A stretch of 64,000 nucleotides of DNA from a virus. The DNA lies in the IMG/VR virus record IMGVR_UViG_3300045971_000277, positions 31,181 to 95,180 of that record. The stretch is one strand, 5' to 3'. Positions within the stretch are counted from its first letter, which is position 1; every line of letters begins with the position of its first letter. The position numbers and the translations under genes are program-made. The notes under the pieces were generated by a model that searched no databases, was not told the origin of the DNA, and saw only the letters and a program-made list of their open reading frames with translations. Below, in pieces: positions 17,194 through 25,930 of this stretch.

Positions 17194-17394
17194 ATGGGGA
17201 TACTACGGCGATTATTTGGATCTAATCGGAAAGACCTCCGCGAAGAGCGTATTATAGAAGTTAAGAATATACGGAGTGCGTCGATGGACGACGTCCGTGC
17301 CAGTATCCTTAGGATGCAGAGCGAGTTAGAGCAGATACGGGAGGCTGCCGAACAGATTATCGAGACTACCAATACGCTGGCGAAGCCTAAATAG
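17194..17394 (+). CDS. Small coiled-coil hypothetical protein
   Basis: 66 aa, starts 1 nt after the previous stop, helical amphipathic pattern. Confidence 0.55.
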   Translation: MGILRRLFGSNRKDLREERIIEVKNIRSASMDDVRASILRMQSELEQIREAAEQIIETTNTLAKPK

Positions 17395-17441
17395 TATCTA
17401 TAGTAGCGTGTGATACTACTATCGGGTAGGAGTTTATCGGA

Positions 17442-20400
17442 ATGGCCATATCACACGTTAAGTCCGTCACGATCGCTGACGGGACCAACACCAATATTGT
17501 CAGGCCAAGTGACTGGAATAGTCATCACAATCAGTACTACACTCTAGGCGGCAATACAGCGGGTGCGTCGACCGTCAGCGGGACCAATGTGGTCCTACAC
17601 GGCGGCAATAACGTCACATTATCGGGGACCGGTGATACCATTTTGGTGTCGGCCGGTGGTGTTGCCGTATCGGCTTTCGGTGGTGGCCAAAACAGCGGCA
17701 CGATCCAGTTTGTCAATTCCAACGGCGTTAGTTTCGGATATAGTGCGGGCAGCATTACCGCCACCGTTATTCCGGGTGCCGCTGCCGGTATCGGCGCGAT
17801 CCAAGCTGGTGGTAGCACTATAACGTCTGGCACGTTTAGCCTGGGCAATGCAAATGGCATGTCATTCGTCGGGTCCAACGGCAGCGTCGTTGGTTCTTAT
17901 ACGGTGCCGGGCGCGACACAGTTTGCTAACTCCAATAACGTCACGTTTGGACTAGCTGGCTCCACCATAACGGCCTCTGCTAGCTTCCCGGCACAAACGG
18001 TACAGCCGGTCGCGTACGCTGCTGGCGGAACAACCAATAACTTCTCAACTCTGGCATTCGTCAACACCAATGGAGTTAGCTGGTCAACATCAACCGATGG
18101 AATCCGCGCCAGCGTCGATACGAACTACCAGAGTCAGGGTGCGTACCTCACGACGGCAGCACAGTCTGGGCATTCGCATGGCAACCCAACGCTTGCGCTG
18201 ACAAACCTGACCGGCACGACTGCATCAAACTCAGCCGGTCTTACTCTATCGCTGTCAGCCGCAGCCCAATCAGCACAGCCCGTCGCATACGCCGTTGGTG
18301 GAACCACCAACAACTTCAGCACCATTAACTTTGTTAATACAAATGGCGTAAGCTGGTCGACCTCGACTGACGGTGTCCGTGCGAGTGTGGCGACGAACTA
18401 CCAAAGTCAGGGCGCCTATCTCACGACTGCGCGCGCCTCCAATGACGCTGTCGGCCTTAATGTGGCCATTACGAATGGCACGTGGACCGTCAATAGCTCA
18501 GGCGTCAGTCTTAACCTGAGCAACCATCTAACGACGCAGACGGTGCAGCCTGTGGCTTATGCGGCTGGCGGCACCACCAACGCATTCTCTACCATCAATT
18601 TTGTTAATACTAATGGTGTGAGTTGGTCGACGTCAACCGATGGGGTCCGTGCGAGCGTCGCCACAAACTACCAATCAGCTGGGGCTTATCTCACGACCGC
18701 CGCCCAAGTCAGCCACAGCCACGGCAACCCCACGTTAGCCCTGACGAACTTGACTGGTACGACGGCATCAAACTCAGCCGGGTTCACCCTAAGCCTATCG
18801 GCCAATGCTCCCGGAGCGGGAGCGTTTAGTGCGGGTAACTCTACTGATGGCGTCGGCACGACTGGGTTGGTTGGAGGTCAGCTTGTATTCTTTGAAGGCG
18901 CCAACATTACGCTATCGCAGTCTATCAATGGCGCATCGGCCTCGCTTTCTATCATAGGTGGGGCTGGCGGAGCCGGTGGTGTCAACGTTGCCGGTGGTGG
19001 CGTCACACAAGGCACCGGCACCGTCAACTTTGCTAACTCAAACAACGTCACGTTTGGTCTGTCCAATAACGGCACCATCACGGCGTCGGCTAGCTTTGCC
19101 CAATCCACGCAGCCCGTCGCCTACGCCGTTGGTGGTACTACCAACAACTTTAGCACTATCAATTTCGTTAACACCAATGGGGTTAGTTGGTCGACTTCGA
19201 CTGACGGGATCCGTGCGACGGTAGCGACGAATTACCAAAGTCAGGGTGCATATTTAACAACGGCCCGCGCGTCTAATGACGGCGTCGGACTGAACTCGGC
19301 CATCACGAATGGCGCGATGACGTTGAATAGCAGTGGGCTCAGCCTTAACCTGAGCAACCACCTAACAACGCAGACGGTACAGCCGGTCGCGTATGCTGTG
19401 GGCGGGACCACTAACAACTTCAGCACCATTGCTTTCGTCAACACCAACGGCGTAAGCTGGTCGACTTCAACCGATGGCGTCCGCGCCAGCGTCGCTACTA
19501 ATTATCAATCAGCTGGAGCATACCTCACGACTGCGCGCGCCTCAAACGATGCAGTTGGTCTCAATGCAGCCATTACGAATGGTACATGGACCGTCAATAG
19601 CAGTGGGATTAGCTTAAACCTAAGTAACCATTTGACAACACAGTCGGTGCAACCCGTGGCTTATGCCGTGGGCGGGACCACCAATGTATTCTCCACCATA
19701 GCTTTCGTTAATACGAACGGCGTAAGCTGGTCGACTTCAACTGATGGCGTTCGTGCAAGTGTGGCGACGAACTACCAAAGTCAGGGCGCTTATTTAACAA
19801 CGGCTCGTGCGTCTAACGATGCTGTTGGGCTTAATGCGGCCATCACAAATGGCGCGTGGACCGTCAACAGCAGCGGCATTAGCCTTAACCTAAGCAACCA
19901 TTTAACGACACAATCGGTACAACCCGTCGCGTACGCTGTGGGCGGAACTACCAACGCATTCTCCACTATCAACTTTGTCAACACCAATGGTGTAAGCTGG
20001 AGTACCTCAACTGATGGCGTCCGTGCGACGGTCAAGACTGATTATCAGAGCAGCAACGCTAATTATTTGACGATCCAGTCGGCCCAGCCAGTGGCGGCCT
20101 CGGCCTCCAATGGTAGCTTCAATTTCTCTACCCTGAAGTTTGTTGAAGGCTCTGGCGTAACATGGGCGACGCAGGCCAATGGTATACAGGCGTCGGTCAA
20201 GACCGATTATCAAAGCTCTAACGCAAACTACCTGACGTCCCAGAGCGTAGCCCCAGCTGGTATCGCGATTCCTGGCACCACCATCACAAACGGCACGGTC
20301 CAGTTTGTCAACTCTAACGGCGTCACGTTCGGGTTCGGGGCCGGTGCCTCGGCCAGCCAGATCACCATTACGGTACAGCCGGGTGCCGCCGCTGGCGTTG

Positions 20401-22766
20401 CGGCTTTCGCCGCCAGCAACTCGACCCAGACTTCTGGCACGGTCCAGTTTGCTAATTCCAATGGCGTCTCTTGGTCTTCTGGCACCCAAGGCATCTTCGC
20501 CACGGTCAAGACAGACTACCAAAGCAGTAACGCTAACTACCTAACGGTCCAGTCGGCCCAGCCCGTCGCGTATGCTGCTGGTGGCACTACCAACGCGTTC
20601 TCCACTATCAACTTTGTTAATACGAACGGCGTAAGTTGGTCAACGTCGACTGATGGCGTCCGCGCGAGTGTGGCGACGAACTACCAAAGTCAGGGTGCGT
20701 ATCTAACGACGGCACGAGCTTCAAACGATGGCATTGGCCTCAACACAGCTATTACAAACGGGACTTGGACGGTAAACTCTTCCGGCATCAGTCTTAATCT
20801 GAGCAACCACCTAACAACACAATCAGTACAACCCGTCGCGTACGCCGTTGGTGGCACTACCAACGCGTTCTCAACTATCAACTTCGTCAACACAAATGGA
20901 GTTAGCTGGTCGACGTCTACCGACGGGGTTCGGGCGACGGTAGCAACAAACTACCAAAGTCAGGGTGCGTATCTAACGACAGCTAGGGCGTCAAACGACG
21001 CGGTTGGTCTCAACGCTGCCATCACGAATGGACTTTGGACGGTCAATTCGTCCGGTATCAGCTTAAACCTAAGCAATCACTTGACGTCGCAGACAGTACA
21101 ACCTGCGGTTGGGGCCATTGCGGTTGCTGGATCAACAGCGACCAGCGGCACCATTGTGTTTGCTAACTCAAATGGTCTGACGTTCTCTTCTGGAACCCAA
21201 GGTATCTTCGGCAGCTACACTGTACCGGTTACAGTCGCCCAATCGGTTCAACCCGTCGCCTACGCTGTTGGTGGCACCACCAACAACTTCAGCACCTTGG
21301 CCTTCGTCAACACGAACGGCGTAAGCTGGAGCACTTCAACCGATGGGGTTCGCGCGACGGTCAAGACAGACTATCAAAGCAGTAACGCTAACTATCTGAC
21401 GTCCCAGAGTAACCAAGCTTTCTCGGGTTCCAACGGGTCCTCCACCTTCCAGACCGTCACGTTCGGTAGCTCCAACGGGCTACACTTCTACCTGACCAAC
21501 GGCTCAGTGGTAGGGTCTTACACCGTGCCAGCTGGCGGCGGCGGGGGCGTAGCAATTTCGGCTGGTTCTAATGGTGGCACTGCTGCAGCTTCACAGTCCA
21601 CCGGTACCGTGGTGTTCTCAAACTCCAATGGCGTTACGTTCGGGTTGTCCAACAACGGCGTCATGACGGCCTCAGTCGCGGCCGGTGCTGCTGCTGGCAT
21701 CGCCGCCATCGCTGTCCCCGGCACGACCCAGACGAGCGGCACGCTGGTGCTGGCCAATTCTAACGGCATTACTTGGTCGTCCGGCACACAAGGCGTATTC
21801 GGCACGGTCCAGACCGATTATGCAGTGAGCAGCCACAGCCACGGCAACCCCACGTTAGCCCTGACGAACTTGACTGGTACGACGGCATCAAACTCAGCCG
21901 GGTTCACCCTATCGTTGTCGGCGGGTGCTGGCGGCGGTGGCGGCGCGCTTACCATTAGTGCCAATAACGGCTCTTATGCTTCTGGCGTCCTTAACTTCCC
22001 CGCCACACTTGGACACACTTGGTCGACGGATACCAACGGTGTCTACTTAGCTAGCGATGCAGATCCGTGGGGCTACACCGCACTAACGTACCAGAATCGC
22101 CAGCTAGGCGCTTCGTCGGCTTGGGCCCCAACGACAGCTAACCAAATGTGGCTGCTGCCAATGCGCATGGGCGCTCCTGTGTCTGGATCTACGTTAATGC
22201 AGATTATGTCATTTACCGGGTCAGTCACATCCAACCAGACCAACACGGTCGGTGCGACGATGGACTTGGCCCTGTATAAGGTCACACAGACAACTGCCCC
22301 GACTCGATTCGATTCTATATGGTCAACCCGGGCATTGTTCACTTGGTTCAATGGTGGCACCACCACCATGTCGTTCGCCTATGGCCATGGCGGCACCACC
22401 TATACGACGGGCGGCGGCGCTAGCTCGGCCAGCTTCATGTCATCCGTATTCGGCCTGCGCTTCCTCACGTACACATTGAACTCAGTCTTTGATACCGGGC
22501 TATACGCGTACGGCCTGCGTATTTCTACGTCTTCTGCAGGCGGGTCGTCGGTTATGCGCTCATTCTGCCCGATTTTCGATGCCCCCATCTTCACCGTAGG
22601 TAACCTTGGATTCGGCGGGCTCAACAATACCGCAGCTTCATCCATCGGGTTCGTTGACGCTGGTATATTGACCGCTACGACCGCGTCTCCAGTAGCTTCC
22701 TTCGCGTTTACCGACGTCAGACAGTCTAACAACCTTGTGCCGTACGTTAAAATCGGCGCGGTGTAA
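17442..22766 (+). CDS. Giant Ser/Thr/Asn/Gly-rich repeat fibre protein (1774 aa) with C-terminal globular tip domain
   Basis: RBS AGGAG; N-terminal MAISHVKSVTIADG...RPSDWN; ten TNGVSWSTSTDG-containing repeats; three HSHG motifs; no signal peptide and only one Cys. Confidence 0.75.
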   Translation: MAISHVKSVTIADGTNTNIVRPSDWNSHHNQYYTLGGNTAGASTVSGTNVVLHGGNNVTLSGTGDTILVSAGGVAVSAFGGGQNSGTIQFVNSNGVSFGYSAGSITATVIPGAAAGIGAIQAGGSTITSGTFSLGNANGMSFVGSNGSVVGSYTVPGATQFANSNNVTFGLAGSTITASASFPAQTVQPVAYAAGGTTNNFSTLAFVNTNGVSWSTSTDGIRASVDTNYQSQGAYLTTAAQSGHSHGNPTLALTNLTGTTASNSAGLTLSLSAAAQSAQPVAYAVGGTTNNFSTINFVNTNGVSWSTSTDGVRASVATNYQSQGAYLTTARASNDAVGLNVAITNGTWTVNSSGVSLNLSNHLTTQTVQPVAYAAGGTTNAFSTINFVNTNGVSWSTSTDGVRASVATNYQSAGAYLTTAAQVSHSHGNPTLALTNLTGTTASNSAGFTLSLSANAPGAGAFSAGNSTDGVGTTGLVGGQLVFFEGANITLSQSINGASASLSIIGGAGGAGGVNVAGGGVTQGTGTVNFANSNNVTFGLSNNGTITASASFAQSTQPVAYAVGGTTNNFSTINFVNTNGVSWSTSTDGIRATVATNYQSQGAYLTTARASNDGVGLNSAITNGAMTLNSSGLSLNLSNHLTTQTVQPVAYAVGGTTNNFSTIAFVNTNGVSWSTSTDGVRASVATNYQSAGAYLTTARASNDAVGLNAAITNGTWTVNSSGISLNLSNHLTTQSVQPVAYAVGGTTNVFSTIAFVNTNGVSWSTSTDGVRASVATNYQSQGAYLTTARASNDAVGLNAAITNGAWTVNSSGISLNLSNHLTTQSVQPVAYAVGGTTNAFSTINFVNTNGVSWSTSTDGVRATVKTDYQSSNANYLTIQSAQPVAASASNGSFNFSTLKFVEGSGVTWATQANGIQASVKTDYQSSNANYLTSQSVAPAGIAIPGTTITNGTVQFVNSNGVTFGFGAGASASQITITVQPGAAAGVAAFAASNSTQTSGTVQFANSNGVSWSSGTQGIFATVKTDYQSSNANYLTVQSAQPVAYAAGGTTNAFSTINFVNTNGVSWSTSTDGVRASVATNYQSQGAYLTTARASNDGIGLNTAITNGTWTVNSSGISLNLSNHLTTQSVQPVAYAVGGTTNAFSTINFVNTNGVSWSTSTDGVRATVATNYQSQGAYLTTARASNDAVGLNAAITNGLWTVNSSGISLNLSNHLTSQTVQPAVGAIAVAGSTATSGTIVFANSNGLTFSSGTQGIFGSYTVPVTVAQSVQPVAYAVGGTTNNFSTLAFVNTNGVSWSTSTDGVRATVKTDYQSSNANYLTSQSNQAFSGSNGSSTFQTVTFGSSNGLHFYLTNGSVVGSYTVPAGGGGGVAISAGSNGGTAAASQSTGTVVFSNSNGVTFGLSNNGVMTASVAAGAAAGIAAIAVPGTTQTSGTLVLANSNGITWSSGTQGVFGTVQTDYAVSSHSHGNPTLALTNLTGTTASNSAGFTLSLSAGAGGGGGALTISANNGSYASGVLNFPATLGHTWSTDTNGVYLASDADPWGYTALTYQNRQLGASSAWAPTTANQMWLLPMRMGAPVSGSTLMQIMSFTGSVTSNQTNTVGATMDLALYKVTQTTAPTRFDSIWSTRALFTWFNGGTTTMSFAYGHGGTTYTTGGGASSASFMSSVFGLRFLTYTLNSVFDTGLYAYGLRISTSSAGGSSVMRSFCPIFDAPIFTVGNLGFGGLNNTAASSIGFVDAGILTATTASPVASFAFTDVRQSNNLVPYVKIGAV
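18003..21390 (+). repeat. Intragenic tandem repeat region, full unit 270 nt / 90 aa
   Basis: QPVAYAVGGTTN.FST..FVNTNGVSWSTSTDGVRA.VATNYQS.GAYLTTARASND.VGLN.AITNG.WTVNSSGISLNLSNHLTTQ.V; consecutive units at 19381 and 19651 are 270 nt apart. Confidence 0.9.
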
Positions 22767-22832
22767 GGCCATTACTGAGCGCAGCAGTATATTTATAATT
22801 TACAACACCCCTTACGATAGGTAGACACGTGC

Positions 22833-23537
22833 ATGACTGCGATTACGGAAAACGATGCTGGGTTTCACAATCAAGATTTAGAGCGAACGCGGACTAGGTT
22901 GGTTGAGGGTGGTAGCTGGAAGAAACAGCGGATCGTGATGGTGCTGCCGTCGGCCAACCTGATCCACGCCAAGGTTGCCCTATCATTGATGAATCTGGCG
23001 TTCCCACCAAACCAAGGTGTGTATCGATATCTCGTACTGGGTGAGGAAGTCGGCGTAGCCTACTCTAATGCGGTTCGCGACATACTGGCAAACCCGCAGC
23101 TAAATCAATACGAGTACTTCCTAACGGTCGAGCACGATAACATGCCGCCATGGTTTGGCGTGCTAAAGCTCCTCGAGGACATGGAAAAGTACCCCGAATA
23201 CAGTGCTATCGGTGGCCTTTATTTCACTAAGGGCGAGGGCGGGGTCGCACAGATCTGGGGTGACCCTAAGGATCCGGTACAAAACTACCGTCCACAGATC
23301 CCGATACCAAATACGATTCAGGAATGCGTCGGCACCGCTATGGGGTTTACCTTATACAGGATGTCGATGTTAAAGGATCTGGCGGAGAAGGAAGGCCATC
23401 CTTTGTTTAAGACGGTACCGCAAGGCACGCAGGACTTACAGTTCTGGAACACAGCGCGCAAGCATGGGTATAAGTGCGCTATCGATACTGGGGTCCAAGT
23501 CGGCCACATTGATCCATCAACTGGGTTTGTTTGGTAG
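22833..23537 (+). CDS. GT-A fold (GT2-like) glycosyltransferase
   Basis: VMVLPS...; YFLTVEHDNMPP (EHD in the DxD position); IGGLYFTK; VGTAMGFTLYR; CAIDTGVQVGHID. Confidence 0.7.
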   Translation: MTAITENDAGFHNQDLERTRTRLVEGGSWKKQRIVMVLPSANLIHAKVALSLMNLAFPPNQGVYRYLVLGEEVGVAYSNAVRDILANPQLNQYEYFLTVEHDNMPPWFGVLKLLEDMEKYPEYSAIGGLYFTKGEGGVAQIWGDPKDPVQNYRPQIPIPNTIQECVGTAMGFTLYRMSMLKDLAEKEGHPLFKTVPQGTQDLQFWNTARKHGYKCAIDTGVQVGHIDPSTGFVW

Positions 23538-23547
23538 AAAGGGTACG

Positions 23548-24114
23548 ATGAAGCTTGATCTAGGCTGTGGGACACAAAAGCGTGGCGTTGATTGGGTTGG
23601 GTGCGACTCAGTTGCATTCCCCGGGGTCGACAAGGTATTTGACTTGGGCACAGATATCTGGCCGTTTGATGATAACTCGGTCGACGAGGCGTACTGCAGT
23701 CATGTGCTTGAGCACCTGACGAATCATAATGGCCGGTGGGAGCGCGTGCATTTCTTCAATGAGTTATCGCGCGTCCTAAAGCCAGAAGCCAAGTGCCAAG
23801 TTATCATACCGTATTGGAACTCGACCCGATACTACGGCGACCCCACCCACAAGGAGCCGTTCAGTGAGTTTGCTTGGTACTACCTGGATCGCGGCTGGCG
23901 TCGTGCCAACGCTCCACATTGCGACGCTGAGCAAGTGCCGGGTCCACAGTCGTACAATTGTGACCTAGGCTGCACGTGGGGCTACAATATCGCGGAATGG
24001 CTCCTTGTACGGCATGAGGAGTTCCGCCAGTTTGCGATGCAGAACTATAAGGATGCCATAACCGATATGTTGGCGACGGTCCAGAAGCGGCCAGCGCCGA
24101 AGGCTTTGCCATAA
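23548..24114 (+). CDS. Class I SAM-dependent methyltransferase
   Basis: Start set at ATG 23548; KLDLGCG motif I, WPFDDNSVDEAYCSHVLEHL, RVLKP, DPTH. Confidence 0.85.
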   Translation: MKLDLGCGTQKRGVDWVGCDSVAFPGVDKVFDLGTDIWPFDDNSVDEAYCSHVLEHLTNHNGRWERVHFFNELSRVLKPEAKCQVIIPYWNSTRYYGDPTHKEPFSEFAWYYLDRGWRRANAPHCDAEQVPGPQSYNCDLGCTWGYNIAEWLLVRHEEFRQFAMQNYKDAITDMLATVQKRPAPKALP

Positions 24115-24115
24115 G

Positions 24116-24394
24116 ATGTTCCAGGCCGACGCATTCCAGAACGACGCGTTCCAAGTCGACTCTGTCTATATCCGGGCCGTCCGGATATTCGGGAATGACG
24201 GCGATAGCATAGCGAGAGCCCAACTAAGCGCGGCAGGTCGCGGTGATGCAACGAAGCCCGGGACGACCGCAGATAACAATGACATAACGCGAGCCCAATT
24301 GGGTCCACGGGGCCGTGGTGACGTTATAGGCCCCGGTTCGTCCCCGGGTGTTTCTGGTGATGGTCGAATCCCTATTATTATCATCAGGGATTAA
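24116..24394 (+). CDS. Small hypothetical virion-associated protein with AFQ-x-D-AFQ N-terminal motif
   Basis: MFQADAFQNDAFQVD start; internal duplicate I.RAQL....RGD; tightly coupled to its neighbours. Confidence 0.55.
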   Translation: MFQADAFQNDAFQVDSVYIRAVRIFGNDGDSIARAQLSAAGRGDATKPGTTADNNDITRAQLGPRGRGDVIGPGSSPGVSGDGRIPIIIIRD

Positions 24395-24397
24395 ACT

Positions 24398-25252
24398 ATG
24401 GCTAGCAGTCTTCCAAGTATCAAAGTCGCCTTATACGGATCGGTTGAGCCGTGCGATATCCAAGTTACGGATTCGACCGGGGCTCAGGTCGATGCGACTA
24501 CACTTACGCTGAATGTATTGGACTTGGGCGGCAACACGCTCTTGACCGATACATTTGGCGGGGTTGGCTCCAACATTGTCAAGCCGGTCGGCACTACCGG
24601 CTACTACTACTATAACTTCGGTGCGACCAACCTAACGGTTCCGTTGACAACCCAGCTGAATGACTTTATCATTCAATGGGTGATTGAGACGACCGGCGCG
24701 ATGATGCCTGCGACGGTCATGCAGAACGTCAAGGTGGTATCGCCACTGGTGATCCAGAATATACCATATCTGAAGCTGTTGATTGATAAGTCGCGCAAGA
24801 TGGTGGATCCGGCCAATGATGTATATCTAGGATATACGGACCAGCAGCTTATCATGTATATGGAAGATGGAATCAACATTATCAACGGGTACCAGCCCGA
24901 GACCGTGTCGGGCTTCACCCTCGGCAACTTCCCGTGGACCACGTTCCGTCATCTGGCGAACGAGACTGCGTTGATGGCTGGTGTATTGTCACAACAACTG
25001 TTCGCGATTGATACGGATCTGCCGAACTACTCGGACCAAGGCATTTCGTTCGTTATCGCCCACCAACCGCAATTGGCGTCGTTGTTCAATACGATCGCGC
25101 AGCGGCTCGACAAGATGATCCCGATGATGAAGCAGCAGTTTGTGTCGACCGGGTCGATCCATCTCGAAATGGGACCCAACTTCCGCCTTGCTACGCTCGT
25201 CAACGCTGCACCCAATGGTGCGCTCTTTAGGAACCTTCTAATGAAATCCTAG
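24398..25252 (+). CDS. Head-tail connector / neck (adaptor) protein
   Basis: Position before neck/tail genes; C-terminal helical adaptor-like segment LIDKSRK...YTDQQL..Y...GINIINGYQP...NFP. Confidence 0.55.
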   Translation: MASSLPSIKVALYGSVEPCDIQVTDSTGAQVDATTLTLNVLDLGGNTLLTDTFGGVGSNIVKPVGTTGYYYYNFGATNLTVPLTTQLNDFIIQWVIETTGAMMPATVMQNVKVVSPLVIQNIPYLKLLIDKSRKMVDPANDVYLGYTDQQLIMYMEDGINIINGYQPETVSGFTLGNFPWTTFRHLANETALMAGVLSQQLFAIDTDLPNYSDQGISFVIAHQPQLASLFNTIAQRLDKMIPMMKQQFVSTGSIHLEMGPNFRLATLVNAAPNGALFRNLLMKS

Positions 25253-25294
25253 AAATCTGTATTTCTAGTACGCACATGATAATCAATATTAGGA

Positions 25295-25927
25295 ATGACA
25301 AAGCAATGCAGAATATGCCACAAAGATAAAGACATAACCGATTTTTACAAAAGTAAGATAACGCGTGACAAGCTGATGCACGAGTGCAAGATATGTACTA
25401 GCGAGGCTAGGAAATTAAATTATAGGTCAAATCCAGAGATTAAAAAGGCAGCGGCACTCAAGTGGTATTATGAAAACCACGAAGAAGCGAAAAAGCGTAA
25501 TAACGACTATCGATGGAAGAATCGCGATGTGGCGGTAAAGCGGACTAAAGACTGGTGTGACGCGAATCGTGACTATAAGAATCAGTATGATCGTGAATAC
25601 TATCAGCGCAATAAGCTAGCGTATTATTTAAGGAACGAGAATCGAAGAGCGGCTAAGATTGCACAGTCAGACCCGCCCGGATGGAAGGCAACAGTACCGT
25701 GGTGGCGAGAGGTGATGGAACGCAACAAAAATCGTTGTTCGTACTGTAATAAAGAGTTTGGTAAGGAACGCTTAGATAGACCAACAATGGAACATAAGAT
25801 ACCACTATCACGAGGCGGCAAGCATTCTGTCGACAATATCGTACCGGCATGCCGTGCCTGTAACGATTCAAAGTCAGTCAAGACGCCAGACGAATGGCGT
25901 CAACCGGTTTATTTCATGAAGTCATAA
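25295..25927 (+). CDS. HNH homing endonuclease
   Basis: KQCRIC...DFY...ECKIC N-terminal Zn motif; CSYC...PTMEHKIPLSRGGKHSVDNIVPACRACNDSK; AT-richer than flanking genes. Confidence 0.9.
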   Translation: MTKQCRICHKDKDITDFYKSKITRDKLMHECKICTSEARKLNYRSNPEIKKAAALKWYYENHEEAKKRNNDYRWKNRDVAVKRTKDWCDANRDYKNQYDREYYQRNKLAYYLRNENRRAAKIAQSDPPGWKATVPWWREVMERNKNRCSYCNKEFGKERLDRPTMEHKIPLSRGGKHSVDNIVPACRACNDSKSVKTPDEWRQPVYFMKS

Positions 25928-25930
25928 CGT

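Noticed and set aside
18003-21390. Regular 270-nt repeats as a possible CRISPR array
   Set aside because: They are in-frame coding repeats with synonymous variation and no unique spacers or cas genes.
24236-24324. Two GRGD motifs suggesting integrin binding
   Set aside because: Bacteriophage context; they arise from a short internal duplication and give no evidence of a eukaryotic target.
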